A stretch of DNA of 64,000 bases from Candidatus Yanofskybacteria bacterium RIFCSPHIGHO2_01_FULL_41_26 (lineage in GTDB: Bacteria; Patescibacteriota; Minisyncoccia; 2-02-FULL-40-12; GWA2-44-9): the NCBI GenBank assembly GCA_001794055.1, contig MGJB01000012.1:1124-65123 (forward strand). Reading direction: 5' to 3'. Within the stretch, counting starts at the first letter, position 1; every line of letters starts with the position of its first letter. The notes under the pieces are model-generated. The model saw only the letters and a list, made by a program, of their open reading frames with translations. It searched no databases and was not told the origin of the DNA. Made by a program: the position numbers and the translations under genes. Below, piece by piece: positions 52,004-63,853 of the stretch.

Positions 52004-55000
52004 TTATTCGTTCATTTCGCTGCCGAACCCCGTCCCCGCCGGAATCAATCTTCCGATAATGACATTTTCCTTGAGACCTCGAAGGTAATCTTCTTTACCA
52101 AGAATGGCGCTGTCTATGAGGACTCTGGCTGTTTCCTGGAAAGAAGCGGCCGAGAGAAAGCTATCCGTGGTCAAAGACACTTTAGTAATACCAAGCAATA
52201 ATTGCTCAAAAATTGCTTCTGTTTTTTTGTTAGTTTTAGCTTTCTCGTTCTCTATCCAAGCAGTTCTTTTTTCAACTGTGTCCCCGGCCAAAAGATCGGT
52301 GTCTCCAGAATCAAGAACCTTGACTCTTGAAAACATCTGCCTGACAATTAATTCAACGTGTTTATCGTTGATGCTATCTCCAGTCGGCGAATAAATACTC
52401 TGAACTTCTCTGATTATGTACCTCGCCACCAAATCAATATTGTCAGTGGCTTTAAATAATTCTCTCAAATCAACATGACCTTCGCTTAATTGCTGGCCAA
52501 CGTAAATTAAATCTCCGGCTGCCACAGTAATGGTAATATTAGGAGCCACAAGATATTCTCTCTTTTCTCCGGTCTCCACAACTTCAACAGCGAGAGCCTT
52601 CTGTTTGCCCCTGTCTTCAACAGCTAAAACTTTTCCATCGACATCGGCAACTAATGCTTTAAATGTCGGCGGCCTGGCTTCAAAAATTTCTTCAACCCTA
52701 GGCAAACCCATGGTAATATCCGCTCCACCAGCAACGCCTCCGGTATGAAAAGTTCTCATCGTAAGCTGGGTACCTGGTTCACCAATGGCTTGGGCGGTAA
52801 CAATACCGACCGCTTCGCCTATTTCAACTAATTCATTTTTGGAAAGATCGTATCCATAGCACAATCGACAAATTCCCGTATAAGCCTTGCACTTTATAGC
52901 CGATCTGACTTTAATTGTTTTGAGCTCTAATTCTTCAATTTTCTTGGCAGATTCTTTATCGACTATTTTGTTTTTCTTAATGATAATATTGCCATCTTTG
53001 TCTAAAATATCTTCCAATACGGCCCGGCCTTTCACTCTCCGGCCTAGGGTTTCGCCGCTTACCTTGCCATCCTCGGCATACATTATAAATCCTTCTTTGT
53101 CTTTGCAATCTTCCTCGGTAATAACAATATCCTGCGCTACATCAACCAAGCGTCTTGTCAAATATCCCGCAGTGGCAGTTTTCAAGGCAGTATCCACCAA
53201 CCCTTTTCTGGCCCCGTGAGTGGATATAAAATATTCAAGAGAAGTTAGACCCTCTTTAAGAGAATTTCTTACCGGCAACTCGATAAGTTCTCCGGCTGGA
53301 TTGGCAAAAATACCCCTCATGCCCATCATTTGGTCCAAAGTTCCCCAAGTTCCTCTGGACTTCGAATTAACAAGCATAAAAGCAGCATCGTTAGGATCAA
53401 GTTGTTTCTTAACCAACACGGAGAGCTGTGATTTGGTTGTGTTCCAAATTTCTATGGCTTTTGAACGTCTCTCATATTCGGTAAGCAAACCATCTTCATA
53501 TAATGCTTTATTTTCTTCTATTAATTTATCGGCCTCTTCGATAATGCCTTTCTTTTCAATTGGAATTTTCAAATCATTCATACCCCATGAAATGCCGGAC
53601 ATGGTTGCATAGTGAAATCCGAGATCTTTTACTTTGTCCAGAAAAACAACAGTAGCTTCTTTTCCGAATTCATCCCAAATGTCAGAACCAATAAACTTTA
53701 AGTCCGGCTTAGTCAAAGTCCTGTTTGTAAATCCGTGTCCTTTGGGCAAGGCCTTATTGAATATCATGCGGCCCGGAGTCGTTTCTATCATTTTCGGTTC
53801 TTTATTATCTCCGCCAGCTGGCGGATTATAATCAGGATTGGGAACCTTTATCTTGGCTCTTAAGTCAGTAAATTTGTTCTCAAAAGATAGGAGAGCTTCG
53901 TATCGGGAAGAGAATGTTTTGCCTTCGCCCCTTGCGCCGTCCAACATACTGGTCAAATAATAGATACCAAAAGATACGTCGTGACTTGGCGAAGCGACGG
54001 GTTCTCCGGTGGCTGGTTTCAAAATTCCATGACTGGCAAGCATTAATTCTCTTGCTTCTTTTTGGGCTTCATTGGTCAAGGGCAAATGAACAGCCATCTG
54101 ATCTCCATCAAAGTCGGCATTAAAAGCATGGGTAGGCAAGGCCGGGATTTTAATAGCTTTGCCTTCTATCAGCATCGGCTCAAATGCTTGTACGGATAAC
54201 CGATGCAAGGTCGGAGCACGATTAAGCAAAACCAATTTATTTTGCATTGCTTCTTCAAGCGCAGTCCAAACATCAGCAGTTTCCTGTTCTATCAGTCGGC
54301 CGGCTGATTTAATGTTGTGAGCAAGTTCTTTTCTTATTAAAATTCCTATAACAAATGGTTTGAATAATTCCAAAGCCATTTGCTTGGGCAAACCGCATTC
54401 GGCCAAGTTTAATTCCGGACCGATAACGATCACGCTTCTTCCGGAATAATCCACTCTTTTGCCCAGCAAGTTCTGTCTGAACCGGCCCTGTTTTCCTTTG
54501 AGCATATCCGCCAGTGATTTCAAGGCCCTCTTCTGCCCCGTTGAAGCAGCTGTCGTAATTTGTCCCTTTCTCATCGAGTTGTCGAGAAGAGCATCAACGG
54601 CTTCCTGAAGCATTCTTTTTTCATTTTTAGTAATAACTTCTGGAGCTTTCAATTCCAGCAAATGCTTCAAGCGGTTGTTTCTGTTTATTACTCGCCTGTA
54701 CAGATCATTTGAATCCGAGGTGGCATAACGGCCTCCATCTAAGGGAACCATCGGTCTTAATGCCGGCGGAATAACCGGAAGAATGGTAATGATCGCCCAC
54801 TCCGGACGAATTCCGGCTTTTATCATTCCCTTCAAAAACTTCAGTCGTCTTGATATTTTTCTCACCTCTAAAGGATTTGATTCGTTCTTCATCTCTCCTT
54901 CCAATTCAACAAGCATTTCTTCCATGTTTAACTCCTCCAGTAGTTTTCTAACTGCTTCCGCTCCAATGCCTGCTTCGAATACTTCGCCGTATTTAGCGGA

Positions 55001-55585
55001 AAGGTCTCTAAAATCAAGTTCAGAAATTATTTGGTATTTTAACAAATTTCTTAAATTGTTCCTCTCGCGGTCTTTTAATTCTTTCAGGGATTCCTCTTCG
55101 GAAATGTTCTTGGAATTCTTTAGTTTTGATTTAAATTCAGACTCAATCCTCTTCATCGCTTCAGCTTTCAAATCTTCATTAACACTGGTAACGATATAGC
55201 TTGCGAAATAAATCACTCTTTCCAGTTCAGGCAGAGAAACCCCAAGAATGGTAGCAACCTTAGAGGGCACACCTCGCAAGAACCAAATATGGGCAACCGG
55301 AGCGGCAAGTTTAATGTGGCCCATTCTTTCTCGCCTTACAATTGAGCGTGTTACTTCGACTCCGCACCTGTCGCAAATAATTCCCTTATATCGTATTCTC
55401 TTGTATTTGCCGCAATAACATTCCCAATCTTTCGTGGGGCCAAAAATAGATTCCGAAAACAAACCTTCCCTCTCCGGTTTCTGGGTTCGATAATTGATTG
55501 TTTCCGGTTTCGTTACTTCTCCATATGACCAAGACATTATATCGTCCGGAGAAGCAATTTTTAATTTTATTGAAGATAAATCCAT
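52004..55585 (-). CDS. rpoC: RNA polymerase beta' subunit
   Basis: [41 protein letters not shown]. Confidence 0.99.
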   Translation of the reverse strand: MDLSSIKLKIASPDDIMSWSYGEVTKPETINYRTQKPEREGLFSESIFGPTKDWECYCGKYKRIRYKGIICDRCGVEVTRSIVRRERMGHIKLAAPVAHIWFLRGVPSKVATILGVSLPELERVIYFASYIVTSVNEDLKAEAMKRIESEFKSKLKNSKNISEEESLKELKDRERNNLRNLLKYQIISELDFRDLSAKYGEVFEAGIGAEAVRKLLEELNMEEMLVELEGEMKNESNPLEVRKISRRLKFLKGMIKAGIRPEWAIITILPVIPPALRPMVPLDGGRYATSDSNDLYRRVINRNNRLKHLLELKAPEVITKNEKRMLQEAVDALLDNSMRKGQITTAASTGQKRALKSLADMLKGKQGRFRQNLLGKRVDYSGRSVIVIGPELNLAECGLPKQMALELFKPFVIGILIRKELAHNIKSAGRLIEQETADVWTALEEAMQNKLVLLNRAPTLHRLSVQAFEPMLIEGKAIKIPALPTHAFNADFDGDQMAVHLPLTNEAQKEARELMLASHGILKPATGEPVASPSHDVSFGIYYLTSMLDGARGEGKTFSSRYEALLSFENKFTDLRAKIKVPNPDYNPPAGGDNKEPKMIETTPGRMIFNKALPKGHGFTNRTLTKPDLKFIGSDIWDEFGKEATVVFLDKVKDLGFHYATMSGISWGMNDLKIPIEKKGIIEEADKLIEENKALYEDGLLTEYERRSKAIEIWNTTKSQLSVLVKKQLDPNDAAFMLVNSKSRGTWGTLDQMMGMRGIFANPAGELIELPVRNSLKEGLTSLEYFISTHGARKGLVDTALKTATAGYLTRRLVDVAQDIVITEEDCKDKEGFIMYAEDGKVSGETLGRRVKGRAVLEDILDKDGNIIIKKNKIVDKESAKKIEELELKTIKVRSAIKCKAYTGICRLCYGYDLSKNELVEIGEAVGIVTAQAIGEPGTQLTMRTFHTGGVAGGADITMGLPRVEEIFEARPPTFKALVADVDGKVLAVEDRGKQKALAVEVVETGEKREYLVAPNITITVAAGDLIYVGQQLSEGHVDLRELFKATDNIDLVARYIIREVQSIYSPTGDSINDKHVELIVRQMFSRVKVLDSGDTDLLAGDTVEKRTAWIENEKAKTNKKTEAIFEQLLLGITKVSLTTDSFLSAASFQETARVLIDSAILGKEDYLRGLKENVIIGRLIPAGTGFGSEMNE

Positions 55586-55601
55586 ATTATAACTTGATTG
55601 A

Positions 55602-58600
55602 TTATCTTTCTATTAATTCTACATTTAAGCCAAGGCCTTTAATTTCTGACAACAGAACCTTGAATGATTCCGGCAAATGCGGTGCTCTTATTTCCTCTCC
55701 GTTAACAATTGATTCATACGTTTTTGCCCGACCTAAAACATCATCAGATTTAATGGTCAGCATTTCTTGGAGTGTGTGAGCGGCGCCATATCCTTCAAGG
55801 GCCCACACTTCCATTTCCCCGAACCTCTGTCCCCCAAACTGAGCCTTACCCCCCAATGGCTGTTGGGTAATCAATGAATAAGGACCGATAGATCTCATGT
55901 GAAGCTTATCTTCAACCATGTGAATCAGTTTCATGAAATAGGTTATCCCAACATGGCATTTTGCGTCATAAGCTATTCCGGTTTTTCCATCATACAATTG
56001 CATTTTGCCATCTACCGGGTATCCGGCCTTTTTTAGCTCTTCTACGATTGACTCCTCTGTCGGTCCGGCCATAGCAGGAGTGGCGGCTTTGTAGCCAAGT
56101 TTCTTGGCGGCAATACCAAGATGAGATTCAAGAACCTGTCCGATATTCATACGCGAAATAATGCCCAACGGACTTAAAATAATATCCACCGGAGTTCCAT
56201 CTTCAAGAAATGGCATATCTTCTTCGGGCAGAATAGTTGAAATAACACCTTTATTGCCGTGTCTTCCGGCCAACTTGTCTCCAACTTGAGCCTTTCTTAA
56301 TTGAGCAACAGAAACTTGAATTTTCTTTATCACTCCGACATCCAGCTTATCTCCTTCTTCTCTTGAGAAAACCTTAACATCTACAACGCGGCCTTGTTTT
56401 CCATAATCCAACCGCAAAGAAGAATCCTTAACATCCCTAGATTTATCTCCAAAAATAGCTCTTAATAGTCTTTCTTCAGCAGTAAGGTCGCTTTCGCCTT
56501 TTGGAGAAATTTTTCCGACAAGAATGTCTTGGGAACGAACCTCGGCTCCAATTCTTACTATTCCATCCGGATCAAGATCATTTAATCTTTCCATGGCAAC
56601 ATTGGGAATGTCGTATGTGGTTAATTCCGGACCAAGTTTAGTCTCCCTGACATCAGTTGAATAGTCCTCAATGTGAATAGAGGAAAAAACATCTTCTTTT
56701 ACAAGTCGCTCAGAAATAACAATGGCATCCTGGAAATTGCATCCTTCATAAGACATGTAAGCCACAACCAAATTTTTGCCCAATGCAATCTCGCCATCTT
56801 GGGTTGATGGTCCATCGGCCAAAGCCTGGCCTTTCTTAACCTTGTCACCTTTAGCAACTAAAACTCTCTGATTCAAACAAGTAAAAGCATTAGAGCGGGC
56901 AAATTTTAAAAGTTTGTATTCGTATTCTTTACCTTTCTCGGTTTCCAAAACAACACGAGAAGCATCCGCTGCCGTAATGGTCCCCGCCTCGTTGGCAATC
57001 ACAACCATTCCCGAATCTCGGGCAACTTTGCCTTCAAGTCCGGTTCCGACATAGGGAGATTCGGGTTGAATAAGAGGAACAGCTTGTCTTTGCATGTTGG
57101 AACCCATCAAAGCGCGGTTTGCATCATCATGCTCTAAGAACGGTATCAAAGAAGTAGAAACCGAGAACATCTGCCTTGGAGAAACATCCACATACTGAAC
57201 ATCTTTCGGTTCGGCGGTTCCTGGTTCGCCATGAACACGGCCGACTATCTTGTCGCCGATCAATTGATTATTCTTGTCCATTTCAGCACCTGCCGAAGCA
57301 ATGATATATCTTTCTTCCTCAACCGCGTCCATGTATGTAAACTCATCGGCAACTTTTCCTTTAATTACTTTTCTGTAAGGAGTAAGAATAAATCCCAGAT
57401 CGGAAATTTTAGAATATAAAGCCAGGTGCCCGACTAAACCAATGTTTGGGCCTTCTGGGGTAGCAATAGGACAAATTCTCCCGTAATGAGAAGGATGGAC
57501 ATCTCTTACTTCAAAACTCGCCCGTTCTCTGGTTAAACCTCCCGGGCCAAGAGCTGATAACCTTCTTTTGTGTTCCAATTCTGATAAAGGATTGTGCTGA
57601 TCCATGAATTGAGACAACTGACCGGAAGCAAAAAATTCTTTCAAGGCCGCAACAAAAGGTCTGGCGTTTATAAGCTGAGAAGGCAGGACGGTTGCAATAT
57701 CGGAAGTGGACATTCTGTCTTTAGTTATTCTTTCCATGCGGGAAAAGGCAATTCTCAATCTGTCTTGTAAAAGCTCCCCAAGAGTTTTAACCCTCCTGTT
57801 TCCAAGATGGTCTATGTTGTCCGGCACCGATGAGGGATTATTATTGAGCTTAATGATCTCTTTTAATATGGAAATTATATCTTCTTTCCGGAGAATCCGG
57901 TTTTCGGTTTTATCCAAAACAAGTTCTTCGTTAAACCTCTTATTCATTCTAAACCTGCCAACTTTAGAAAGGTCATATCGAGAAGAGTTAAAGAATAAAT
58001 TATGAACCATCTGACGGGCATTATCTCCAGTGGCAGGATCTCCGGGTCGAATTCTTTTGTAAAGTTCTATCAATCCTTCCTCTTCGTTTGAAGAAGGGTC
58101 GGCAAGTATCGTAGCCAGAATATATTTAACGTCAGGGTCAGTATCTACATCTTCAAAAAGTTTTTTGATCTCATCATCTTTGGTTATGCCAAAAGCCCTT
58201 AATAAAGCCGTTGCGGGAACTTTTCTTTTTCTATCTATTCTACAGGAAATAACTCCGTTGTATTCGGTTTCAAATTCAAGCCAGGCGCCTCTGGAAGGAA
58301 TAAGTTTTGCCCCAAAAAATCTTTTTAATCTTGACGAGCGGGACATTGAAAAGAAAACACCCGGACTTCGAATAAGCTGAGAAATGACAACCCTCTCCAC
58401 TCCATTAATAATAAAAGTTCCCCTCGGAGTCATCAGGGGGAAGTCTGAAAGAAATAACTCTTGTTCTTTGTATTGATCGGTTCTTTTGTTTCTTAAGCCA
58501 ACCTTAACCTTCAAAGGGGCTTCGTAGGTGATGTTTTTTTCTATTGCCGTTCTTTCTTGGTATTTTGGTTCGTCCAGCTTGTAATCTAAGAAATGCAATT

Positions 58601-58784
58601 CGAGTTCTTTGCCGGTCCAATCTTCAGTCGGAGAAACCTCTTTCAGCAACTCCCTCAAACCGACATCCAAAAACCATTTATATGAATCCAACTGAACCTG
58701 CACCAAGTTAGGAGCTTCAAATTGATCGACTCCAAATTTTGAGAATATTTTTCGCATTTTGGAAGGAATGGGTAAACAAAACAA
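55602..58784 (-). CDS. rpoB: RNA polymerase beta subunit
   Basis: GTFIING.ERV, GSNMQRQ, GDKLAGRHGNKG, GGQRFGEME. Confidence 0.99.
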   Translation of the reverse strand: MFCLPIPSKMRKIFSKFGVDQFEAPNLVQVQLDSYKWFLDVGLRELLKEVSPTEDWTGKELELHFLDYKLDEPKYQERTAIEKNITYEAPLKVKVGLRNKRTDQYKEQELFLSDFPLMTPRGTFIINGVERVVISQLIRSPGVFFSMSRSSRLKRFFGAKLIPSRGAWLEFETEYNGVISCRIDRKRKVPATALLRAFGITKDDEIKKLFEDVDTDPDVKYILATILADPSSNEEEGLIELYKRIRPGDPATGDNARQMVHNLFFNSSRYDLSKVGRFRMNKRFNEELVLDKTENRILRKEDIISILKEIIKLNNNPSSVPDNIDHLGNRRVKTLGELLQDRLRIAFSRMERITKDRMSTSDIATVLPSQLINARPFVAALKEFFASGQLSQFMDQHNPLSELEHKRRLSALGPGGLTRERASFEVRDVHPSHYGRICPIATPEGPNIGLVGHLALYSKISDLGFILTPYRKVIKGKVADEFTYMDAVEEERYIIASAGAEMDKNNQLIGDKIVGRVHGEPGTAEPKDVQYVDVSPRQMFSVSTSLIPFLEHDDANRALMGSNMQRQAVPLIQPESPYVGTGLEGKVARDSGMVVIANEAGTITAADASRVVLETEKGKEYEYKLLKFARSNAFTCLNQRVLVAKGDKVKKGQALADGPSTQDGEIALGKNLVVAYMSYEGCNFQDAIVISERLVKEDVFSSIHIEDYSTDVRETKLGPELTTYDIPNVAMERLNDLDPDGIVRIGAEVRSQDILVGKISPKGESDLTAEERLLRAIFGDKSRDVKDSSLRLDYGKQGRVVDVKVFSREEGDKLDVGVIKKIQVSVAQLRKAQVGDKLAGRHGNKGVISTILPEEDMPFLEDGTPVDIILSPLGIISRMNIGQVLESHLGIAAKKLGYKAATPAMAGPTEESIVEELKKAGYPVDGKMQLYDGKTGIAYDAKCHVGITYFMKLIHMVEDKLHMRSIGPYSLITQQPLGGKAQFGGQRFGEMEVWALEGYGAAHTLQEMLTIKSDDVLGRAKTYESIVNGEEIRAPHLPESFKVLLSEIKGLGLNVELIER

Positions 58785-58929
58785 ACACGCTCTCTCCTGT
58801 CGTGCTTGACGGATTTTTTATATTAATTTATTCGATTGATTCTGGACAATTTGTGGTGGTCAGAAATTGTTAGATTCTTAAATAACCACTCCGCCATCCG
58901 CCAACTGGCGGAGACGGACGAATGAGCAT

Positions 58930-59217
58930 TTAAGAACCTGCAATAATGGCTTGTTTGCTTGCTTTTATAGCCTCAATGAAGGTTTGGGCGATTTTGTGGG
59001 CCGAACTTGATTTTTCGACTTTTCCAGTGATCTTAACCATTTTTAAAGACAGTGTTTCTATTTTATTCCTTTTACAAATTTTGTCAACAGCCAATATCAA
59101 CACCGAATCCAAGTTGGCCTCAAACTCAAAAGTCAAGGTGTCTATCAACCTTTTGCCTTCTTGGAGTTTCAGCTCCACCTCTCCCCTCTTTTCTGTAAAA
59201 TTTATGATTAGGTTCAT
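58930..59217 (-). CDS. Hypothetical protein, possibly a truncated TsaB-like N-domain
   Basis: 95 aa, coupled to the MFS gene; weak pattern resemblance only. Confidence 0.45.
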   Translation of the reverse strand: MNLIINFTEKRGEVELKLQEGKRLIDTLTFEFEANLDSVLILAVDKICKRNKIETLSLKMVKITGKVEKSSSAHKIAQTFIEAIKASKQAIIAGS

Positions 59218-60455
59218 GCCACCACTTTCTTTATTTCAACTTTTCTAACCAAACAAAAACCCACTGCCACAAATACTGCCATGACCACCATAGCAATGCG
59301 ATAGCGGGTCGCTCCAAAATCAATAAAGATGTAGGTTATTAATCCCCAAAACAACGGCCCAACCAGAGTCGATGTTCTTTCGGCAAGAGTATAAAAACTA
59401 AAACCAAAGTTTAACTTTTCTTTCGGAGTAAGTGCTGTCATCACGGCCCGACTTACGGTCCAGATGGCTCCAAAAAGAAAACCCATCAAAATAGATAAAA
59501 CCATGAATACGGTGAAATTGGTATTTAAACCGAGTATTGGTAGGAATATGACCCAAATACCGATAACAAACAGTATGGATTTTTTAAGGCCGATTTTGTC
59601 AGCGATAAAACCAGAAAACAAAGCCCCAAAGATTGATGTAAATAATGCACCGCCCAAAAGAATTACTTTTAATTTATCAGAAACACCAAAAACATTTTGA
59701 AGATATATGGGAAAATTATTAGAAACAGTTATGACTGCGTCATTAAAAAAGAAAAAAGCGAGGAGAAAGAACTTCATGTTCTTATCCAGAATCAATTCCT
59801 TAAATCGTCCCCACTGGCTCTTATATTCTTCCCTTAAATTAATCTTGTGATCAAAACTTTTTTGCTTAGGTAATTTGAAAAATAAAAGCATCGGCAACGC
59901 AAGCACAAAAAACAAAATTGTTGCTGGTAGAAAAGTCTGAGCCCGACCGGCCTCACCCATGAGATATATTGTCCCGCCTGCGAGCGGCAGGGTAATTAAT
60001 AATCCAACGACTTGCCCAAGATAATTTGCTCCCAGACCGATACCTGATATTCTTCCCCACTTCTCTCTCGGAGCGATAAGGTGTAAAAGAGGATTATAAA
60101 AAACGAATGAAAATTGATATAGATAGTTGGCAAGAAGGAAAAATAGAACAGCCAAAAATACTTTGTGAGAGAAAAATAAAGTTATAAACGAAACACTCAA
60201 AAAACACAAAAAAGATAAGACGGTAATTTTGTTGAAATAATTTTGTTGTCTCCCTGTTTTATCGGCAATACTTCCCAAAATTGGGGCCGTTAGAAGAAGC
60301 AGGGCCGATCCAACCGCAAAAATGATGTTATACCAAAAATCTGCTACGCCCTTATCAACCACCAACCATTGCGAAAAATATAAAAAGAAAACAATTGAAA
60401 CGATCGAATTAGCAAAATCGTATAGAGTCCAGAGGAAAATATTTTTCTTATTCAT
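59214..60455 (-). CDS. MFS transporter (Atg22/UMF1-like)
   Basis: WTLYDFANS, PILGSIADK, ~12 TM segments. Confidence 0.9.
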   Translation of the reverse strand: MNKKNIFLWTLYDFANSIVSIVFFLYFSQWLVVDKGVADFWYNIIFAVGSALLLLTAPILGSIADKTGRQQNYFNKITVLSFLCFLSVSFITLFFSHKVFLAVLFFLLANYLYQFSFVFYNPLLHLIAPREKWGRISGIGLGANYLGQVVGLLITLPLAGGTIYLMGEAGRAQTFLPATILFFVLALPMLLFFKLPKQKSFDHKINLREEYKSQWGRFKELILDKNMKFFLLAFFFFNDAVITVSNNFPIYLQNVFGVSDKLKVILLGGALFTSIFGALFSGFIADKIGLKKSILFVIGIWVIFLPILGLNTNFTVFMVLSILMGFLFGAIWTVSRAVMTALTPKEKLNFGFSFYTLAERTSTLVGPLFWGLITYIFIDFGATRYRIAMVVMAVFVAVGFCLVRKVEIKKVVA

Positions 60456-60491
60456 GTTTTAATAAAATTTATGATCAGGTTGATGATTTTT

Positions 60492-61034
60492 TTAAAATTT
60501 TTCATTTTCCATTATTTCAACGTTTAAATTTTGGGCTTCCTTTATTAAAAATTCTTGATTGATTCTGGCTGCTTTGAATTCCTCTAAATTCTCTTGATTT
60601 TCTTTCCTGTTTTTAAAAAATTGATCTCTGTGTTGCTTTTCACTTGAAGTGATTATTAAAATCAACTTCCCATCATTTTTCAATAGATTCGGATCTAAAA
60701 ATGCTCCTTCCACAACAACCTTGTCACGACCCTGAATTTCTTTATTCACAGCATCAGACAAAGCTCTCCTTACTGCCTTTAATCCCCTAGCCACATTCTC
60801 AGTGTTCAATTTTCCGAACTGGCTAAATGCCTGATTTGTGCCTAAAAATAAAAACGGCGATTCTTCTTTAGTGGTTAGTCTCCTAAGAGGTTCTTTCAAG
60901 GTGTCCGCCTCAAACAAAGGTAGGTTCAAGTCGTTAGCTATTTTTTGACTTAAATAAGTCTTTCCCGAACCGGGGACTCCATAAATAAAAACTTTTTTAT
61001 CGGCGAATTTATCCATGCTCAATTTAACCACCAA
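60492..61034 (-). CDS. P-loop kinase-like protein
   Basis: YGVPGSGKT, EAD, VVVEG. Confidence 0.75.
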   Translation of the reverse strand: MVVKLSMDKFADKKVFIYGVPGSGKTYLSQKIANDLNLPLFEADTLKEPLRRLTTKEESPFLFLGTNQAFSQFGKLNTENVARGLKAVRRALSDAVNKEIQGRDKVVVEGAFLDPNLLKNDGKLILIITSSEKQHRDQFFKNRKENQENLEEFKAARINQEFLIKEAQNLNVEIMENEKF

Positions 61035-61046
61035 AAACTCCCTGTT

Positions 61047-61668
61047 TCATTTTTCTATAACCAATGCCCCTCCTTTAAGTCCTCGTATTGATATCGGAAC
61101 ATCATCAAGATTTATATCCCACCTTAAATCTTCGAACTTTATATTTTCTTCGGTAAGTTTTTGTTTATAGGTTTCTATCGGCAAGGAAAAATAGCCATCG
61201 GCTTGAATTGGGTTTTGAGTAGTTACATCTTCCAAATCAAATACAAATATTCCGAGACCAGGAGAACGCAGAGCATTATAGGCATTTTTAATAACACCCC
61301 ACTGTTTATTTGTTTCGATAAATTTAAGGACTACATGTCCAAAAGTTATATCAAATGGGGCATTCGGAATTGGAGTAGTAATATCATGCTGAACAACATT
61401 TTCTTCCCCTTCAAGATGTTCAATAGAAATATCAAAGGTAATTAATTCAACTGGTTTCTGAAATAATTTTTCAAAGATAAGTTTGTGTCTTTTTACAAAT
61501 CTTTTATCAGCACAGCCGAAAACAGCAACTCTTACATTTTCAAAGCTGGGCTTATAATTAGTTTCAGACAAAATCTTCTTGAGTTCTAACTCTTTAACAA
61601 AAATTCTTCTGTTAGTTTCCTCGTCAGAACGATTGATATGTTTTTTGTGATAATCCGTAATTGCCATA
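61047..61668 (-). CDS. Hypothetical protein, SAM-methyltransferase-like fold
   Basis: VAVFGC, TFDI, QHDIT, FDITFGHVVLKF, LRSPG; start set at MAITD. Confidence 0.55.
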
Positions 61669-61701
61669 TTTTTATTTAACCACCAAAACCTACCCACCAC
61701 A

Positions 61702-61814
61702 AGCGTGAAACTCTAATCCATTGGAGGGACTTACGGAGCTCGACGGAGCGAGTACGAGGCAAAATTCCAGCAGGAATTTATGCCGTGCCCGAGAATGGGT
61801 TAGGGTTTCACGCT
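61702..61814. repeat. Diverged structured 3'-UTR repeat, copy C (after rodA)
   Basis: Closing stem AGCGTGAAACTCTAATCCATT / AATGGGTTAGGGTTTCACGCT; inner GCAAAATTCC-AGCA-GGAATTTATGC. Confidence 0.6.
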
Positions 61815-61816
61815 CC

Positions 61817-62920
61817 TCACCCATACCTTTTAATACTCTGCAAAATCCCCAATCCGCTCATGATGGAAATAAGATAACTGCCACCATAGCTCAAGAACGG
61901 GAACGGAATTCCTGTCACCGGCATCAGTCCAATATTTACAGAGGCACTAATAATAGCGTGGTTAAATATGAATATGGTGATTCCCACAGAAAATATCTTC
62001 CCAAAATTGGAAATAACTCCCCTGCCTATGGCCAGTATCCTATATATGATAAATAAAATTGCGGACATCACCAGACCAACTCCGACAAAACCAAATTGCT
62101 CGGCCGTAGCGGCAAAAACAAAATCATTGTGAGATTCCGGCAAAAATCCAAGAGTTGATTGAGAACCCTTGCCCAAACCATTCCCAAACCAGTAGCCAGA
62201 ACCAATGGCAATTTTGGACTGAATCAGATTATATCCGCTCCCCCTCGGATCATTACCGGGATTTACAAAAGTCAGAAGTCGGTCTTTCTGATAGGGCCTT
62301 AAGACAAACATCCAAGAACCGTAAGAAATCATTACGGCCAAAACAGCTAAAAGAAAAAGGTGTTTTTTGTTAATTCCGACCGCGACCAAAATGCTTATCC
62401 ATATCAGAGAAAAAATTATAGCCGAACCCAGGTCGGGTTGAACTAAAATTATCAAAACAGGAATACCGAAATAAATTCCAGAGATTAATATGTGCTTGAG
62501 TTGATTGACATGAACATGCCTCTGGGAAAAATATTTAGCCATCAGAACGATAAGCATAAGTTTCGCCAATTCAGCCGGCTCAAAAGTAAATTGCCCAAGA
62601 ACTATCCAAGCATTTACCCCTCTGACCGAGCGAGAATAAAACGTCAGAAGCAAAAGAAACACCGAAATAAAGTAAAGTAATAAAACTGGAAAAGAATAAT
62701 TTTTCAGATAACGGTAATTAAAAAAGGACAACAATACCATTACCCCCAACCCTACGGTTACAAAAATTACCTGTTTCGTAAAAAACGATCCAAACCCTTC
62801 AATGCCATACATATTAAGAATACTAAACAAAGAAATAGCCGCTATCGCGGCAAACAAAGGAAGATCGATTTCCTTAAAATAATTACTAATAGAATTTTTG
62901 AAACTTTTCCTGGGTGCCAT
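61817..62920 (-). CDS. rodA: SEDS-family protein RodA
   Basis: EPAELAK, QPDLGS, YQKDR, GYNLIQS.IAIGSG, PE.HNDF, PVTGIPFPFLSYGGS. Confidence 0.93.
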   Translation of the reverse strand: MAPRKSFKNSISNYFKEIDLPLFAAIAAISLFSILNMYGIEGFGSFFTKQVIFVTVGLGVMVLLSFFNYRYLKNYSFPVLLLYFISVFLLLLTFYSRSVRGVNAWIVLGQFTFEPAELAKLMLIVLMAKYFSQRHVHVNQLKHILISGIYFGIPVLIILVQPDLGSAIIFSLIWISILVAVGINKKHLFLLAVLAVMISYGSWMFVLRPYQKDRLLTFVNPGNDPRGSGYNLIQSKIAIGSGYWFGNGLGKGSQSTLGFLPESHNDFVFAATAEQFGFVGVGLVMSAILFIIYRILAIGRGVISNFGKIFSVGITIFIFNHAIISASVNIGLMPVTGIPFPFLSYGGSYLISIMSGLGILQSIKRYG

Positions 62921-63698
62921 AGCTTTTTATATAGTTTGAATTTTCAAACAAGTTAGTTGACACTTCTATGTCCTGCCTCGCAACATTTCCCGACAGAGCA
63001 AACGGCCAAACCACACTAAATCCTCTTTCTGATTTGGAAACAAAGGTCCGAATATCTGTCTTATTTACTCCTATAATATTACCTGCATCATCGAATAATA
63101 TAACCGCTATATCTATTTTGTCAAAATCAAAATTGGAATCATTATACAGAACTGCGTTTAATTCCGTACCTGTCTCGCCGGCAGGCAGGCCCTTTTGGAT
63201 GGGATGGTAGTCCTTCCTTCTTAAAACAAAATTTACTGTATTAGCTGGCATATCCAGCTTTTCCCATTGGGCATTTTTAATAACAAGTTGAACATCCTCA
63301 ACTCCATTAGGAATTTTTAGAGCGGTAAGAACTATCCATTTTGTCTGGCCTGGCAATATAAAGGTAGAACCACGGTAGTTAAAAGCATCTATGAAGTACT
63401 CTATCCTTGAAGCTCCGAAAGAAGTGTTGGGGTTATAAAGTTGGGCCACAAAATCATAGTCCCCTTGGCCAACATTGAATAGCCGGCTTGAAATTATATT
63501 TATCGGCATTATCGCTAGCGCACATGCTATACCGCAAGCCAATATTCCACAATCAAGACCTTCTTCCTGGCCATTCTGAATTCCGTCGATACATGAAATT
63601 TCGGGCACCAAACTTGAATAGATACCATAACCAATCCAGCCTAAGATCAAAAGAAAAACCAATCCGATAACGAGTTGTTTTTGAACCCTGCCGTTCAT
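62886..63698 (-). CDS. Membrane-anchored hypothetical protein
   Basis: N-terminal TM, SC.DGIQNG.EEG.DCG motif, beta-rich domains. Confidence 0.7.
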   Translation of the reverse strand: MNGRVQKQLVIGLVFLLILGWIGYGIYSSLVPEISCIDGIQNGQEEGLDCGILACGIACALAIMPINIISSRLFNVGQGDYDFVAQLYNPNTSFGASRIEYFIDAFNYRGSTFILPGQTKWIVLTALKIPNGVEDVQLVIKNAQWEKLDMPANTVNFVLRRKDYHPIQKGLPAGETGTELNAVLYNDSNFDFDKIDIAVILFDDAGNIIGVNKTDIRTFVSKSERGFSVVWPFALSGNVARQDIEVSTNLFENSNYIKSYGTQEKFQKFY

Positions 63699-63739
63699 AT
63701 TGCTTAATTATAGGTTTTTTATTAAAAACAAAAAAGGGC

Positions 63740-63853
63740 TTAACGCCCCTTCGGTCTCGGTGGTGGAATTATAGAGTAAGAATATCCCGAATAAAACAAC
63801 TCTGCAGACATGAATGCTAAAAGTTGAAAAGTTAGCAATACGACTAAAAACAC
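63740..63853 (-). CDS. Putative 37-aa membrane peptide (below the ORF-track cutoff)
   Basis: GTG after GGAGG; MFLVVLLTFQLLAFMSAELF...PPPRPKGR; TTGACA-N16-TATAGT at 63885-63912. Confidence 0.45.
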   Translation of the reverse strand: MFLVVLLTFQLLAFMSAELFYSGYSYSIIPPPRPKGR

